Below, one piece after another: positions 45,870 to 57,188 of a stretch of 64,000 nucleotides of DNA (within the stretch, counting starts at the first letter, position 1; the number at the start of each line of letters is the position of its first letter). The position numbers and the translations under genes were made by a program. The notes below the pieces were generated by a model, which was not told where the DNA came from, did no database searches, and saw only the letters and a program-made list of their open reading frames with translations. The DNA comes from the human T2T-CHM13v2.0 reference genome, Homo sapiens, in NCBI RefSeq assembly GCF_009914755.1, contig NC_060937.1; one strand, given 5' to 3'.

Positions 45870-46980
45870 CTAACAACACTTTTCTCTTCCCCTGGGTGCT
45901 ACCATCTACTAGTGTGGCTTTAAATATTATCTCTATGCAGATGACACTTAAGCTTGTATATCTCCCTGACTTCTGCTTGAGTTCCAGACTTTCATATCCA
46001 ACTTCTTACTTGATTTATTCATTAGGATAAAGAACAAAAATATTAAACATAAATATTTTCAAAACAGAACTCTTGATTTCCATCTTACACCTATTTCTCT
46101 TACAAGCATCTACTCACTTGCTCAAGCCCCAGATATAGGATTCATCCTTGATTATTTCTTTATTTCCCCATCAGCAGTCCCTGTTAGCCTGGCCTCTGAA
46201 ATAAACAAGTAAAAACATAAATTAAAAGTATAATTAACATAGTGATATGTTTCATGTAGACTATGAAACAGGGTGTTATGAGAGGGAGGGAGTGATAGGG
46301 TGATCAGGAAAACTCTTTTTGGGAAGGTGATATGGTTTGGCTGTGTCCCCACCTGAATCTCATTTTGAATTCCCAGGTGTTGTGGGAGGGACCCAGTGGG
46401 AGGTAACTGAATCATGGAGGCAGGTCTTTCCCATGCTGTTCTTATGATAGTGAATAAGTCTCATGAGATCTGATGACTTTATAAGGTGGAGTTTCCCTGC
46501 ACAAGCTCTCTCTTTGCCTGCTGCCATTCATGTAAGACGTGACTTGCTCCTCCTTGCCTTTCACCATTATTGTGAGGCCTCCTCAGCCATGTGGAAGTGT
46601 GAGTTCATTAAACCTTTTTCCTGTATAAATTACCCAGTCTTTATCAGCAGCATGAAAACGGAGTAGCACAGAAGGTGACAATTCTGTGTTCTGGATGTCA
46701 GAATGTACATGTCCATGCAAAGATCTAGGGACCATTTCAGGCAGAAGGACAGCTAGAACAATGACTCTAAAGCAAGAAAGAAGGCAGTTTGAATGATGCA
46801 AAGAAAAGCTTAAGCCCTGGTTACATGGGGAGATAGGGGTCAACTTCTATAAGACATATAAACCCAAAAGAAGGAGTTTGGAGTTTAAGTGCAATAGCAA
46901 GTCAATGAAATGATTTAACCTGCAGAGTGATATGATTTATTTCATTCTTCAAAGATCATTCAAGATCCTTGGGCAACATG
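45870..46980. mobile_element. L2 fragments, interrupted by THE1B
   Basis: ggctttaaatattatctctatgcagatgac; aggagtttggagttt...gcagagtgatatgattt. Confidence 0.55.
46328..46670 (+). mobile_element. THE1B solo LTR with 5-bp TSD GAAGG
   Basis: tgatatggtttggctgtgtcccc...gaaaacggagtagcaca; gaagg at 46323-46327 and 46671-46675. Confidence 0.93.
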
Positions 46981-47049
46981 AACAAAATTAATTTACATCC
47001 TTCCGCCAACATCACCACTACACCCAGATACTACTGATCCTATTGAAAA

Positions 47050-48470
<1,421 letters not shown>

Positions 48471-48621
48471 TTAGGTCTGCCTAATCACAGTACTCTGCAA
48501 TCCTGGACATAAGGTTTGGTCCAAGGGTGAACACATATCCAAACAAGTCCATATAAAATCCTCCCACCACCATCTCCCAGGAGAGTTATGTGATGTTGGG
48601 AGCGTTAAGATCTTTTCACTT

Positions 48622-48773
48622 GGCCAGGCTCAGTGGCCTCACACCTGTAATCCCAGCACTTTGGGAAGCCGAGGTGGGACGATCACTTGAGGCTAAGAGT
48701 TTAAGACCAACCTGGGCAATATAGTGAGATCCTGTCTCTATTCTTAAAAAAAATTAATAAATAAAATTTTAAT
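48622..48773 (+). mobile_element. FLAM / free left Alu monomer with TSD
   Basis: Single monomer with A-rich tail; TSD aagatcttttcact/aggatcttttcact. Confidence 0.88.
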
Positions 48774-49757
48774 AAGGATCTTTTCACTGGGTTGCTGAAC
48801 TGTGTGGTAAGATATAAAGTCAGGGAAAGGGTCTTGTGCTTTCGGTGGTGGGGCTAGAGAAAGGAACACTGCACCATGGAATGAAAAACTTTTCTAGCTC
48901 CTTAGCGTTTTCCCCCTACACACACTCATTGTCTTCATTCCTTATGCAAGCTATGTCCAGGGAGAAAGGAAAACATTTTTTCTTAGCACCCACTCAACCA
49001 GACACTTTCCTAGGCGGTGGGAATGATAACCTGAATAAGACCTGATCCATGGAGAACCTGAGTGCCAGAGGCTGGGAAGGGCTGGACCCCAGGTCTCCTG
49101 ATGTTGAATCCAGGGCTTCTCCTGCTCTCTTCTTCCCTCCTAATTTTACAGCACTGTGTACCAGGTGCGACAGTGATTGAGCGCTAAGTAAAGGTATTTT
49201 AACCTTCGAGACACCCTGGTTGGAGTTCACAATGAAATGAAATGCACCAGCCTCCCTCTGGTAGCCAGAGTCTCTGGCCATGCTCTTGTAGCAGAAGCTT
49301 CTCATTTGGAACAGCTCAGACTCCCTGGGCTCTTTGAAAGGATTGGTGGAGATGAGTTTCTATGTTTTACAATTGTGACAAAAATCCTCTGCTCATAGCC
49401 TAAGGGAGTGTGAAGTGGAGTACAGGGTGAGGGCCAAATAATCATGCACGGGACACGCAGCCAGAGTGTCTGGGATGCCAGGGGGGTGTCTGCTGAGCGA
49501 TTAGGACAGGGCAGCAGACACAGTGATTAAATGGAGAGGAGGGGCTGCTGAAAATGAAAGAAAACGCTGCAACATGCAAAAGCACTGCCATGCTACACCA
49601 CAGAAAATAATGGATTAAATAATCGACTTAAATCCTTTTGCATCTGGGTGAAACCCAAGTGAAACCAAGTAAATTAACTCAAAAGGTTTCTGGACCAGCA
49701 ACTTACCTTCAAGGCTGTTAATGTAAGCTGTTCTTTCTCCCTGAACTTCATTATAGA

Positions 49758-49875
49758 CAGGATAACTTTTTCCTGATTCGCTTAGGACAGTCCCAGCTTA
49801 CACTTCCTGTCTCAGTATCTTATCTCTTTCAGCATTTGTCTGAGATTTTTAAAGGAAAGTATTATGGTTAATAGT
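49758..49875. mobile_element. MER94-like hAT-Blackjack MITE
   Basis: ggacagtcccagcttacacttcctgtctcag resembles MER94 GGACAGTCCCGGTTTACGCCTGTTGTCCCGG. Confidence 0.5.
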
Positions 49876-49911
49876 TGCATTACAGTTAGCCAGGATGGGT
49901 TCAGCAGACTT

Positions 49912-50863
49912 CTGGAGCAGATGCTGTGATGTCATCCCAGAGTCTCCTCAAGACTGAAGGGCTACTCCACCAGCTGCAGCGAGGGCTTCTGGCAGAGATC
50001 CCCAGCTGTCAGCCCTCATCGGAATTGCTTCAAATGAAGAGTGTCATCTCACCCACCACCATGCCCTCTTCCCAGGGTGCCCACAGCCAAGAACTGGTTT
50101 ATAAGGAGATATAAAGGTCTGGCCCCCACTTTGTCTAGAGCTGGCCATGTGGTTGCTCTCTGTTGAGGCTGAATCATAGGCTGTGATGGTTAAGATTGAG
50201 TGTCAACTTGATTGAATTGAAAGATGCAAGGTATTGTTCCTGGGTGTGTCTGGGAGGGTGTTGTCAAAGGAGATTAACATTTGAGTCAGTGGACTGGGAG
50301 AGGCAGACCCACCTGCAGTCTGGGTGGGCACCATCTAATCAGCTGCTAGAATAAAGCAGGCTGAAAAAGGTAGAAAGAGCAGACTTACTGAGTCTTCTGG
50401 CCTTCCATCTTTCTCTCTTGCTGAATCCTTCCTGCTCTTGAACATCAGACTCCAAGCTCTTCAGCTTTTGGACTCTTGGACTTAGACCAGTGGTTTGCCA
50501 GGGGCTCTCGAGCTTACGGCCACAGACTGAAGGCCACATTGTCGGCTTCCCTACTTTTGAGGTTTTGGAACTCAGACTGGCTTCCTTGCTCCTTAGCTTG
50601 CAGACAGCCTATTGTGGGACTTCACCTTGTGATCTTGTGAGTTGATTCTTCCTAATAAACTCCCCTTCATATATACATCTATCCTATTAGTTCTTTCCCT
50701 CTAGTGAACCCTGACTAATGCATCAGCCAACTTCTCTTCCTGCCCCATCCTTCTTCCTTTCCCCTTCCAGAGGTGGTGATCCCAAGACCACTCCCTAGCA
50801 AACCTCCTGTCCACCACTCTCCATCTCCAAGTCTGCTTCCTGAGTAGGCCACAGCCTCTGACA
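49912..50863 (+). mobile_element. LTR16-type (ERVL) LTR split by MLT2A2
   Basis: agcagatgctgtg...cagctgtcagccctc / gatcccaagaccactcccta...ctgcttcctgag...tgaca. Confidence 0.65.
50182..50722 (+). mobile_element. MLT2A2 (HERV-L) solo LTR
   Basis: tgtgatggttaagattgagtgtcaacttgattg...ccagtggtttgccaggggctctc...aaccctgactaatgca. Confidence 0.9.
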
Positions 50864-50884
50864 ATTGCCACTTGGTGCCTTCAC

Positions 50885-51187
50885 TTTTTTTTTTTTTTTT
50901 TTTTTTGAGACAGGCTCTCAATCTGTTGCCCAGGCTGAAGTGCATTGTTGTGATCATAGCTCACTGCAGCCTCGGCCTCCCGGGTTAAGTGATCCTCCTC
51001 CCTCAACCTGCTGAGTAGATGGCACTACAGGTGTGTACCACCACACCTGGCTAATTTTTTAAATTTTTGTAGAGACAGGGTCTTGCTATGTTGCCCAGGC
51101 TGGTCTCAAACACCTGGCCTCAAGCGATCCTCCTGCCTCAGTCTCCCTAAACACTAGGAATACAGGCATGAGTCACTGTACCTGGCA
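50885..51187 (-). mobile_element. AluJ with TSD
   Basis: TSD gtgccttcacttt/gtgctttcacttt; gatcatagctcactgcagcctc. Confidence 0.92.
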
Positions 51188-51324
51188 GTGCTTTCACTTT
51201 CTGCTGTGGACTTGTCTAATGGTATACGAAACAAGAGCAGTCAACTGAGTTCCTACTCTTGTTAAACCAGAGGATGCCCAGGGATAACCCACCTCACTTT
51301 TCCCAGCCTTATCTAGACACACTA

Positions 51325-51633
51325 CGTGGTAGACAACGATGTGATGTCCAGCTACCTCTTCAAAGGAGGACTTGAGGAGGCTGAGGCAGGAGGATTGCCT
51401 GAGCCTGGGAGGTTGAGGCTGCAGTGAGCTATCATCATGTCACTGCACTGCACATACCCCACTGTGGGTGGTACAGAGACAGCCTCTGGCCAAGACTTTG
51501 TCATGCCCATATCACTGCTGGACATCTTTCACTGCCCAATCCTGCTTCTTCTCTCTTCCACAGGTGTTGGTGCCAAATAAACCTCGGGCCCTAAACTTCT
51601 AGGCATCTGCCTCCGGAGAATCCAACCTGCAAC
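51325..51633 (+). mobile_element. LTR16-type LTR remnant containing an internal Alu fragment (51370-51452)
   Basis: ctgcccaatcctgcttcttctctcttccacaggtgttg...aataaacc...ggagaatccaacctgcaaca. Confidence 0.6.
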
Positions 51634-52031
51634 ACAACTTAACTAACACCTTCCTTTCCAGGACAGCTTATGGGGTGCTCCCTTATCAAAGAAAGGGTGC
51701 TAGCAGCTACAGGCAGCACACTCTTTTTATCTGGGATAATGGTGAGAGAAGATTTGGTGCTGTGGTCCCTGCTGGCCCCTTGATGTACCAGCCAACTGTA
51801 GTGACTTCAATTTGAGATGCCTGAAGATAGCAGGATGCCATTCAGTGCTGTCAGTGGAAAACACCGGACATTTTAGTCTAGGTATATATACAATATTTAT
51901 GGAAAATAGAGGTCAAGAATTCCTGCCACATAGCATATGAAGAAAGAGTCTAAATGCTCTTGCAACAGCGGTTTTAACATTAATGGTATGCTGTATAAAT
52001 CGACAACTATTAAATAATATTATTTGGTAAC

Positions 52032-52484
52032 TTTCATGCACGTCCGTGTGAAGAGACCACCAAACAGGCTTTGTGTGAGCAATAAAGCTGTTTATTTCAC
52101 CTGGGTACAGGTGGGCTGAGTCCGAAAAGAGAGTCAGCGAAGAGAGATAAGGGTGGGGCCGTTTTATAGGATTTGGGTCAGTAAAGGAAAATTACAGTCA
52201 AAGGGGGTTTGTTCTCTGGCGGGTAGGAGTGGGGGTCGCAAGGTGCTCAGTGGGGGTGCTTTTTGAGCCAGGATGAGCCAGGAAAAGGACTTTCACAAGG
52301 TAATGTCATCAGTTAAGGCAAGGACCGGCCATTTACACTTCTTTTGTGGTGGAATGTCATCAGTTACGGTGGGGCAAGGCATATTCACTTCTTTTGTGAT
52401 TCTTCAGTTACTTCAGGCCATCTGGGCGTATACGTGCAAGTCACAGGGGATGCGATGGCTTGGCTTGGGCTCAGAGGCCTGATA
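52032..52484 (-). promoter_or_regulatory. HERV-H 3' LTR (LTR7) with poly(A) signal
   Basis: LTR7 sequence; minus-strand AATAAA at 52091-52096; intact GGCCCCACCC box at 52151-52160; terminal TG changed to TA; polypurine tract adjoins at about 52485-52498. Confidence 0.95.
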
Positions 52485-53828
52485 TTCCTGCCTTCTTATA
52501 TTAATAAGAAGAATAAAACAAAATAGTGTTGAAGTGTTGGGGCGGCGAAAATTTTTTGGGGGGTGGTATGGAGAGAGAATGGGTGATGTTTCTCAGGGCT
52601 GCTTCGAGCGGGATTAGGGGCGGCGTGGGAACCTAGAGTGGGAGAGATTAAGCTGAAGGGAGGTCTTGTGGTAAGGGGTGATATTGTGGGGTTGTTAGAA
52701 GAAACATTTGTCGTATAGAATGATTGGTGATGGCCTGGATACGGTTTTGTATGAATTGAAAAACTAAATGGAATAACAGAAGGAGAAAAACAGGTATAAA
52801 AGGTCTAAGAATTGGGACGACTCAGGATGTCTGATTAGAGAGTGTTTAAGGAGATTTGGCATAGTCCTGCCAGCAAAGATTATTTATTTACTTCAAGAGT
52901 TAAGAGTGGCAGTTTGGGGATAGCACCAGGAGATATCAGCTGTGATGGCTTGGAAAAACAGTGTAAACTGGCAGTGTAAACAAGAGCAGGGCATGTATGA
53001 GTAGTTGAGAACGGTGAATAGGAGTATGAGTAGACAGAAGATAGTAGGGATGACAAGTTTTTTTGTTTTTTTTGAGGCACAGTCTAAGTTGGTCTGGTGT
53101 CTGGAATGAGACTGGGGCGTAATAAAAAGGAGTGTCTATACAGGACCTTAAATGGGCTGTACCCTGTAGCATTACGAGGACAGGCCTGAATTCTGAGAAG
53201 GGAAAGTGGTAAAAGTATTGTCCAGTCCTTTTTAAGTTGGTGGCTGAGCTTGGTGAGGTGTGTTTTTAAAAGACCTTTAGTCCATTCTACTTTTCTTGGA
53301 GGACCATAAGGGATATAAAGGTTTCACTGAATACTAAGAGCCTGAAAAAATGCTTGGCTGATTTGACTAATAAAGGCTCATCTGTTATCAGACTGTATTA
53401 AGGTGGGAAGGCTAAACTGAGGAATTATGTCTGACAGAACGAAAGAAATGACTGCGGTGGCCTTCTCGGACCCTGTAGGAAAGGCCTCTACTTATTTTGA
53501 GGGCCTCTAAAAGTATTAAAGCAGCAGCAGCCGCTGCACGCAGACATGAGGGCTAGGCTAAAACAGTAAGGTCAAGTTGTTTGGACAGAAAGGCTACAGG
53601 GTGTGGTCCTGGCTCTTGTGTAAAAATTCTGACCGCGCTAACCATGCCTAGGAAGGAAAGGAGTTGTTTTGTAGAAGGTGCTTGGGTTTGAGAGATCAGT
53701 CGGACACGATTGGCAGGGAGAGCACGTGTTTTTATGAGAATTATGCCGAGATAGGTAACAGATGAGGAAGAAATTTGGGCTTGATTGAAGTAATGGGGGC
53801 TGTCTGAGAAGCTTTGCGGCAGTACAGC

Positions 53829-54260
53829 CTAGGTAATTTGCTGAGCCTGATGGGTGTCAGGGTCAGTCCAAGTGAAAGCGAAGAAAGGCTGGGATGAAGG
53901 GTGCAAAGGAATAGTAAAGAAAGCATGTTTGAGATCTAGAACAGAATAATGGGTTGTAGAGGCAGGTATCGAGGATAGGAGAGTATATGGGTTTGGCACC
54001 ACGGGGTGGATAGGCAAAACAATTTGGTTGATAAGGCGCAGATCCTGAACTAACTTGTAAGGCTTGCCTGGTTTTAGGACAGGTAAAATGGGGGAATTGT
54101 AAGGAGAGTTTATAGGCTTTAAAAGGCCATGCTGTAGCAGGCGAGTGATAACAGGCTTTAATCTTTTTAAAGCGTGCTGCGGGATGGGATATTGGTGTTG
54201 AGTGGGGTAAGGGTAATTAGGTTTTAATGAGATGGTAAGGGGTGCATGATCGGTCGCCAA
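53829..54260 (-). pseudogene. HERV-H pol RT N-terminal remnant
   Basis: SPYNSPILPVLKP...LVQDLRLIN...VLDLKHAFFTIPL...FAFTW then a premature stop; YxDD motif absent downstream. Confidence 0.9.
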
Positions 54261-54817
54261 GGAGGGAGTAGAGGTATCTTATACTTGTGGGTTAAGGTGG
54301 GGGGATACAAGAGGAGGACGCAAAGGAGGCTTTGGATTGGGAAGAAGGGCTGCAATGAGATACAGCTGTAGTCCAGGAATAGTCAGGGAAGCAGATAATT
54401 TAGTTAAAGTGTCTCAGCCTAAAAAGGGAACTGGGCAGGTGGGGATAACTAAAAAGGAGTGCTTAAAAGAGTGTTGTCTAAGTTGGCACCAGAGTTGGGG
54501 AGTTTTAAGAGGTTTAGAAGCCTGGCCGTCAATACCCACAACAGTTATGGAGGCAAGGGAAACACGCCTTGAAAAGAGGGTAATGTGGAGTGAGTAGCCT
54601 CCGTATTGATTAAGAAGGGGACGGGCTTACCTTCCACTGTTAGAGTTACCCGAAGCTCGGCATCCGTGATGGTCTAGGGGGCTTCCGAGGCGATCGGCCG
54701 GTGTCAGTCTTCAGCCGCTAAGCCGAGAAGATCTGGGAAGGAGTCAGTCAGAGAGCCTTGGGCCAGAGTTCCAGGGGCTCTGGGAGTGGCTGCCAGGTGA
54801 GTAGAACAGTCCGATTT

Positions 54818-55307
54818 TCAGTGGGGTCCCACACAGATAGGACACGGCTTAGGAGGAATCCCAGGCTGCGGGCATTCCTTGGCCCAGTGGCCAGATTCCC
54901 GGCACATGTAGCAAGCTCCTGTGGGAGGAGGTTCTGGAGGAACGCCTGGCCGCTGCCGTTCAGGCATTTGGAAGTTCTTGTGTGCTGGAGATGTGGCTGG
55001 GGTTTGTCTCACAGTGGAGGCAAGGAATTGCAACTTTTTTCTATTATTGTACACCTTGAAGGCGAGGTTAACTAAATCCTGTTGTGGGGTTTGAGGGCCG
55101 GAATTTAATTTTTGGAGTTTTAATGTCTGGAGCAGATTGGGTAATAAAATGTATTTTGAGAATAAGACGGCCTTTTGACCTTTTAGGGTCTAGGGCTGTA
55201 AAGCGTCTCGGGGTTGCTGCCAAACAAGTCATGAACTGGGCTGGATTTTTATATTTGATGAAAAAGAGCCTAAACGCTTCTGATTTGGGATAAAGAAAAA
55301 GGAGCAT
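54818..55307 (-). pseudogene. HERV-H gag CA/NC remnant
   Basis: HFITQSAPDI; CYMCRESGHWAKEC and CPICVGPH zinc knuckles; frameshifts and stops. Confidence 0.88.
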
Positions 55308-56009
55308 TAACCTTGACTATGCCTTTAGCTCCAGCCACCTTTTTAAGAGTAAATTGCTGGGCAGGAGGGGGAGGGCTAGTCACGGAACGAAACTGTAAGC
55401 CCGACCAGGTGTGAGGAGGGGAGGCGATAAAAAGATTATAGGGTGGAGGAGCAGAGGCTGAGGAAGAATTGGGACCTAGCTCGGCCTGGCGAGGAACAAC
55501 CTGGGGAGGAAGGGAGAGGTCAGATGGGTCTGCAGAAAAGGAAGATTAGAAAGACTCAGCGACACTTGGGGTTGGTACTGAGGGGACAGGCGGGAGGGAA
55601 AGAAGGAAGATTTGGGACGAGTTGCACTGGTCACAGAGACTAGGAAGGGACTGATGTGTAAAAGAATGCCTGGACGTCAGGCACCTCAGACTGTTTGCCT
55701 ATTTTACGACAAGAATTATTGAATTTTGCAGGATGGAAAAATTCAAAGTGCCATTTTCTGGCTATTTGGAACTACTGTCGAGTTTGTATTGGGGTCAAGC
55801 AGCATTGCAGAAGAAAATAAGGCATTTAGGTTTTAGGTCAGATGTGAGTTGAAGAGGTTTTAAGTTTTTGAGAACACAGGCTAAGGGAGAAGAAGGAGGA
55901 ATGGAAGGTGGAAGCTTACCCATAGTGAAGGAGGCAAGCCCAGAGAAAAGAGTAGAGACAGGGAGAAGGGGCGGAGGGTTCTTGCCCTCCAGGAAAGCAG
56001 AGAAGGGGT

Positions 56010-56297
56010 TGGGGCAGGGAAATAAGGGATTGGGGCACAGAGATAAGAGGTCAGGGTGCAGAAATAAGTGATTGGGGCACAGAGATAAGAGGTTGGGGTG
56101 CGGCGGAAATAAGCGATTGGGGGGTTCTTGCCCCCTAGGAAAGCGGGACTTGCCGCTAAGGGTGAAGGAGAAGGGGTTGAGGGGTACTTGCCCCTGCCCC
56201 AGGAAAGCAGCACTTGCTGCTAAGGGTGAAGGGGAAGGGGTTGAGGGGTACTTGCCCCTGCCCCAGGAAAGCGGGACTTGCCGCTAAGGGTGAAGGA
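56010..56297. repeat. HERV-H leader tandem repeats (about 19-20-nt units, then about 2.5 copies of a 64-nt unit)
   Basis: ggaaagc recurs at 56138, 56202 and 56266; ggggcacagagataagaggt units at 56030-56095. Confidence 0.88.
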
Positions 56298-56662
56298 CCA
56301 AGGCAGGCGTCCCTGCATGGTCTGACACCCTTGAAACGTGAGTGTATACTCAGAGAGGCGTCCCTGCAATGATCAAACACCAAGGGAAGGCTGCCTTCCC
56401 AGTCCGTGACCGGCGCCGGAGTTTTGGGTTCACGGATAAAACATGTCTCTTTTGTCTCTACCAGAAAATGAAAGGAATTGAAATTAAGAGAAGGGAGAGA
56501 TTGAAGTGTGGCGCCACGATTGAAAGGAGAAAGAGGTTGAGGGATAGTGAGGGAGGTTGGAGAAGAGAGTAAAAAGAGGCCGCTTACCGGATTTGAAATT
56601 GGTGAGATGTTTCTTGGGCTGGTCGGTCTGAGGACCTGAGGTCGTAGGTGGATCTTTCTCAT
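56156..56662 (-). CDS. ESRG/HESRG-like HERV-H leader ORF, 168 aa (putative; translation unproven)
   Basis: ATG at 56662-56660; RKIHLRPQVLRPTSPRNISPISNPVSGLFLL...TPQPLLLHP matches my recollection of the C-terminal part of the ESRG ORF; a paralog, not ESRG itself. Confidence 0.35.
   Translation of the reverse strand: MRKIHLRPQVLRPTSPRNISPISNPVSGLFLLSSPTSLTIPQPLSPFNRGATLQSLPSLNFNSFHFLVETKETCFIREPKTPAPVTDWEGSLPLVFDHCRDASLSIHSRFKGVRPCRDACLGPSPLAASPAFLGQGQVPLNPFPFTLSSKCCFPGAGASTPQPLLLHP
56582..56590 (-). promoter_or_regulatory. HERV-H major splice donor
   Basis: Minus strand AAATCCG/GTAAGC, junction between 56588 and 56587. Confidence 0.75.
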
Positions 56663-56713
56663 GGAGCAAAGAACAGGAGGACAGGGGATTGATCTCCCAA
56701 GGGAGGTCCCCCA

Positions 56714-56731
56714 ATCCGAGTCACAGCACCA
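56714..56731 (-). other. Primer-binding site for tRNA-His
   Basis: TGGTGCTGTGACTCGGAT, one mismatch from TGGTGCCGTGACTCGGAT, 2 nt after the 5' LTR. Confidence 0.92.
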
Positions 56732-56733
56732 AA

Positions 56734-57188
56734 TTTCATGCGCGTCCGTGTGAAGAGACCACCAAACAGGCTTTGTGTGAGAGCAGTAAAGCTGTTTATT
56801 TCACCTGGGTGCAGGTGGGCTGAGTCCGAAAAGAGAGTCAGCGAAGGGAAATAAGCGTGGGGCCGTTTTATAGGATTTGGGTAGGTAAAGGAAAATTACA
56901 GTCAAAGGGGGTTTGTTCTCTGGCGGGTAGGAGTGGGGGTCGCAAGGTGCTCAGTGGGGGTGCTTTTTGAGCCAGGATGAGCCAGGAAAAGGACTTTCAC
57001 AAGGTAATGTCATCAGTTAAGGCAAGGACCAGCCATTTACACTTCTTTTGTGGTGGAATGTCATCAGTTACGGTGGGGCAAGGCATATTCACTTCTTTTG
57101 TGATTCTTCAGTTACTTCAGGCCATCTGGGCGTATACGTGCAAGTCACGGGGGATGCGATGGCTTGGCTTGGGCTCAGAGGCCTGACA
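56734..57188 (-). promoter_or_regulatory. HERV-H 5' LTR (LTR7, up/u1-like) promoter
   Basis: TGTCAGGCCTCTGAGCCCAAG start; TATAAAA at 56872-56866; two ACAAAAGA motifs (57044-57051, 57094-57101). Confidence 0.93.

Larger units (their letters stand above)
52032..57188 (-). mobile_element. HERV-H provirus, internally deleted, with 5-bp TSD GTAAC
   Basis: Two LTR7, PBS-His, leader repeats, gag zinc knuckles, RT and IN remnants, PPT; gtaac at 52027-52031 and 57189-57193. Confidence 0.97.

Noticed and set aside
49493-49514. REST/NRSE site
   Set aside because: Only the GGACAG half matches; the left half TTCAGCACC is poorly matched.
56010-56297. CRISPR-like repeat-spacer array
   Set aside because: Tandem units without unique spacers inside a retroviral leader; eukaryotic context and no cas genes.
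56156-56850. Identifying this locus as the ESRG gene itself
   Set aside because: The position of the ESRG start codon reads CTG here, a 2-nt insertion in U5 shifts the frame, and several residues differ from the ESRG sequence as I recall it; treated as a paralogous HERV-H.
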